Below are positions 60,906 through 64,000 of a stretch of DNA of 64,000 nt, one piece after another (the first letter of the stretch is position 1; each line of letters opens with the position of its first letter). Source of the stretch: an uncultured Candidatus Saccharibacteria bacterium (GTDB lineage: Bacteria > Patescibacteriota > Minisyncoccia > Phycocordibacterales > CAIRYW01); assembly GCA_964577785.1 (NCBI GenBank), contig CAZOAK010000001.1, positions 22,398 through 86,397 on the forward strand, read 5' to 3'. Under the pieces are notes generated by a model. That model saw nothing but the letters and a program-made list of their open reading frames with translations, ran no database searches and was not told where the DNA came from. A program made the translations under genes and the position numbers.

Positions 60906-61801
60906 TACTTAGTGTAGTATTTTAGAATCGCTTCTATACCTGCCTTATTCTTGGACCATTCAACGTCTGTATGATTTGTAAGTAGAACACTTATCGCTGG
61001 AATATTATTTTTTGCAAACCAATTCACCATGTCTCCAGTTAGTTCGTAGTAATCGAAATCTTCATATGCTTTATATCCTGAAGCTTTCGCAAATGCTTTT
61101 GTAAGTAGAGATGTATCTGTTGACACACCATTATGGCAGTTTGAAGCATACACACCACCCGCCGCACTATACCAAGCAATAACTGCTGTCGGCTTATTTT
61201 TTTCCACATAATTTTTAAGTGCCAAACTTTCTGGCTCAGAGAAAGCACTGTCACCTCCACTAACTGTTTTGTTCTGCCATTTGCCCGAAGCTTGCCAATC
61301 ACAATCAAAGTTTCTGTTTATGTCCACATCATCTGCATTAAATCTTCCTGAAACAACCACCTTCTGATCCTCCGAAACATCTGATGCTTCAAATTTACCT
61401 GAAGTTCCCACAACCTTGTTTAGACCATCTGGATTTAACACAGGAATAACTGTTACTTTTATATTTTCAGGAACTATACTAGGATTCTTTTTTAGATAAT
61501 CCATAAGCTCAAATGCTACCAATGATGTATTCCAAGAATATCCACCATGAATACCTCCAACAAAAAGTATTTCTTTCTCACCTGTTCCAAATCGATATGC
61601 AGTGATATCTCTACTTTCGATAGATTTACCAATCACCACTTCTGGAGCATTTGTATCATCTACTTTTACCTCCTCTGTCTTTGGAGTGGTGTCAGTAGTT
61701 GGAGCAACCACAACTTCATTATTTGAATAATTTTTAGTAATAAAATAAACGCCAAAACCTGCAATAACCAAAACGATAATTACTATTATTGATTTTTTCA
61801 T
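60905..61801 (-). CDS. M14 carboxypeptidase paralog (catalytic residues substituted)
   Basis: HGGYS, DINRNF, WYS, SVL. Confidence 0.85.
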   Translation of the reverse strand: MKKSIIVIIVLVIAGFGVYFITKNYSNNEVVVAPTTDTTPKTEEVKVDDTNAPEVVIGKSIESRDITAYRFGTGEKEILFVGGIHGGYSWNTSLVAFELMDYLKKNPSIVPENIKVTVIPVLNPDGLNKVVGTSGKFEASDVSEDQKVVVSGRFNADDVDINRNFDCDWQASGKWQNKTVSGGDSAFSEPESLALKNYVEKNKPTAVIAWYSAAGGVYASNCHNGVSTDTSLLTKAFAKASGYKAYEDFDYYELTGDMVNWFAKNNIPAISVLLTNHTDVEWSKNKAGIEAILKYYTK

Positions 61802-61869
61802 ATAGTGTTAATTATAGCACGCTATTCAAAACGAGTTTTCCACCCTGAAAAGGGTTATTTTGTATGCTG

Positions 61870-62205
61870 TTAAAACAATCTTCCACCAATTACAGGGTCT
61901 GCTTTGTCTGGAGTAATGAGAATAACTTTACCATCCGCATCAGGCACACCAAGTGTCAAAACCTCAGATTCGAACGGACCGATTTTTCGGGGTGGAAAAT
62001 TAACAACTCCCAAAACCAGTTTTCCAATCAATTCTTCTTTTGTGTATAAAGCCACAATTTGAACAGAAGAATTCTTGATACCAATTTCAGGACCAAAATC
62101 AATCTTCAATTTGTATGCAGGTTTACGAGCTTCTGGGAAATCATTAATTTCAATTATTTTTCCTACTCTAATATCTAATTTTTGAAAGTCTTCTATGGTT
62201 GTCAT
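61870..62205 (-). CDS. csaA: tRNA-binding protein/CsaA
   Basis: DIRVG.I, ARKPAYKL.IDFG, VVNFPP.KIG...SEVL.LG. Confidence 0.88.
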   Translation of the reverse strand: MTTIEDFQKLDIRVGKIIEINDFPEARKPAYKLKIDFGPEIGIKNSSVQIVALYTKEELIGKLVLGVVNFPPRKIGPFESEVLTLGVPDADGKVILITPDKADPVIGGRLF

Positions 62206-62292
62206 GAATTAATTATAACAAATTGGCCCATTCTTCCCAATACCTTGCTTTTATCAAACCCTTTGCTAATGTAATCTCGACCCGAATTGTAC

Positions 62293-62865
62293 ATGAAAAA
62301 CCGCATTTTCGATCTGTTCTTTTCAATTTCCTTGCTTTTGGTCACTTCCCCCATCCTTCTCTTTATTGCCACCATCCTCAAACTGACTTCTCACAGATCG
62401 GTGATTTTCCGACAACAAAGACTCGGGCTTAACAAAGTTCCGTTTGTCATTTACAAGTTTCGCACTCTTGTAGATGTGTCAGAATTTTCTGAAGACGCTA
62501 TAAAAACAAATGAGGATCCCAGGATAACAAGGTTTGGGAGACTCCTGCGTCAAACTCATCTTGATGAACTTCCACAACTATGGAATGTAATCAGAGGTGA
62601 TATGCGTCTGGTTGGTCCGCGTCCACTCCAAAATATTCTAGTGGGTAAACGGACACTGACTCTGCCCTGTTACGACAATAGGTTTAGAGTTAAACCAGGA
62701 TTAACAGGACTAGTACAGATTAAAGGAAGAATTAAGGAATACTCTATGGGGCCATCCAAAAGCCTGCGACTGGAGATGTTTTACATCCAAAAGCAAAACA
62801 TTTTGTTTGATCTTAGTATCCTACTCCACACAATGCTTGTAGTGTTGAGGAGAAAAGGAATCTAA
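62293..62865 (+). CDS. Bacterial sugar transferase (phosphoglycosyl transferase)
   Basis: R.FD, KFRT, DPRIT..G..LR...LDELPQL.NV..GDM..VGPRP, KPGLTG. Confidence 0.92.
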   Translation: MKNRIFDLFFSISLLLVTSPILLFIATILKLTSHRSVIFRQQRLGLNKVPFVIYKFRTLVDVSEFSEDAIKTNEDPRITRFGRLLRQTHLDELPQLWNVIRGDMRLVGPRPLQNILVGKRTLTLPCYDNRFRVKPGLTGLVQIKGRIKEYSMGPSKSLRLEMFYIQKQNILFDLSILLHTMLVVLRRKGI

Positions 62866-62888
62866 GAACCAAACATTGCAACCAACAC

Positions 62889-62912
62889 CTGAGACGAAAG
62901 TCTCAGGTTTTT
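62889..62912. terminator. Hairpin terminator
   Basis: cctgagac-gaaa-gtctcagg followed by T run. Confidence 0.8.
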
Positions 62913-63463
62913 TAATTTCTAGCTTTGACTATTAAATCAGCACGTTTCCAAGGTTCTGTTTTTGCATACTCTTGTTCTTCTTTTATCCAAATTTGTTCCC
63001 ACTTTTCATCATTATCGACTTTGTATTCATTTTTATCTCTATTCATACCACGTTTCGAAGCTATTTCATGTGGACAATCTATCCAAATACGAAAATCATA
63101 GTATGGATTAAAATCTTCACCGAGCATGGACACTCCCTCGATTATAATTAGTCCTTCTGGCTTAACCACTTTCCAATCAGTGAGTTTCTGCTCTGACCAA
63201 TCAAATTTTTGATAATTAGCTTCTTTGCTATTTGAAAGTGGAATAAGTACTTGTTCAAGAAATCTTTTTCTATCTGCTCCATTATTAGTAGAAGTTGCGA
63301 AATCATCAAGAGTAATAATTTCTGAACCTGGAAATTCACTTTGAATTTCTTTTGCAAGTGTACTTTTCCCAGATCCTCCATAACCATCTATTGCAAGTAG
63401 GACTAATGACTTTTGTGCAAGTAGTTCAGTGATATTTTCTTTTATGATTTGTAATTCACTCAT
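62912..63463 (-). CDS. Uridine kinase-like P-loop kinase
   Basis: IDGYGGSGKST, DDF, IIEG, RD. Confidence 0.8.
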   Translation of the reverse strand: MSELQIIKENITELLAQKSLVLLAIDGYGGSGKSTLAKEIQSEFPGSEIITLDDFATSTNNGADRKRFLEQVLIPLSNSKEANYQKFDWSEQKLTDWKVVKPEGLIIIEGVSMLGEDFNPYYDFRIWIDCPHEIASKRGMNRDKNEYKVDNDEKWEQIWIKEEQEYAKTEPWKRADLIVKARN

Positions 63464-63987
63464 TCTTGTATGATTTTTAAGATGGCTTCTGCAACTTCCT
63501 TAGAGTCTGGATTAGCATCAATAGGAATCATTCCAGATTTTATCATTCTCTCTTCAAACTCGTCCTTCCAACTCAAAACTCTTTCACGCCCCGCTTTTGT
63601 ATTTGCGAAATCATCTGTACCTTCTCGAGTTTTTAATCTTTTATCAAGTATATCTGGAGTTGTACGTAGGAGAATGGATGTATCAAAAAATGACATCACT
63701 TCTGCATTATTACTTGCAATACCACAATAAAAAACTATGTCTTCAGTTTGTTTATCCAAAAATTCTTTTAATTTATCAATGTCGCAAACCCAGCGAGAAT
63801 TATTTACTTTGTCCAGATCAGAATTATCATAATCCACATAGCGTTCTCCTGTATCCTTTCTAATCATCATAAATAATCCATAACTATCGTCTTCAATATC
63901 GTATGCTTTATATCCTAATTCATTCAGTGCCTTACTCATTATCGTTTTACCAGAACCAGCAACCCCTGTAATAAATATCTTTTCCAT
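63460..63987 (-). CDS. P-loop nucleotide kinase-like protein
   Basis: ITGVAGSGKT, RL..R. Confidence 0.75.
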   Translation of the reverse strand: MEKIFITGVAGSGKTIMSKALNELGYKAYDIEDDSYGLFMMIRKDTGERYVDYDNSDLDKVNNSRWVCDIDKLKEFLDKQTEDIVFYCGIASNNAEVMSFFDTSILLRTTPDILDKRLKTREGTDDFANTKAGRERVLSWKDEFEERMIKSGMIPIDANPDSKEVAEAILKIIQE

Positions 63988-64000
63988 AAACAAAATTGTA

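Overview
AT-rich bacterial chromosome segment in the standard genetic code. Gene content and style suggest a Patescibacteria/CPR (Parcubacteria-like) genome; this is inference only. The backbone is housekeeping genes (ysxC, rpmA, rplI, rplU, cysS, recR, dnaB, rmuC, uvrB/uvrA/uvrC, tgt, gdhA), a LexA-like/Y-family polymerase cassette, and many envelope or secreted proteins. Most backbone transcription units look leaderless, with a -10 box 5-9 nt before the ATG. A second class of 'guest' units is scattered between them. These are often more GC-rich and each has a -35/-10 promoter, a boxA-like motif, an often structured leader with an A/C-rich (CAACCAAC-type) stretch before the ATG, and a terminator. 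They encode a P-II protein, a MarR regulator, a membrane-anchored lysozyme, a type IV pilin and orphan microproteins; several look to me like proteins of a free-living (possibly Verrucomicrobiota) host. Other notable items: candidate structured ncRNAs (two apparently homologous, one complementary to the guest-leader motif), a 42-bp element inserted in frame (tandem and nested) in coding genes, an inverted-repeat-flanked four-helix-bundle gene, a candidate RNA switch before the mutagenic polymerase, and two paralogous surface proteins with an internal second signal peptide. I recognised no CRISPR array, rRNA, tRNA, integrase or transposase.
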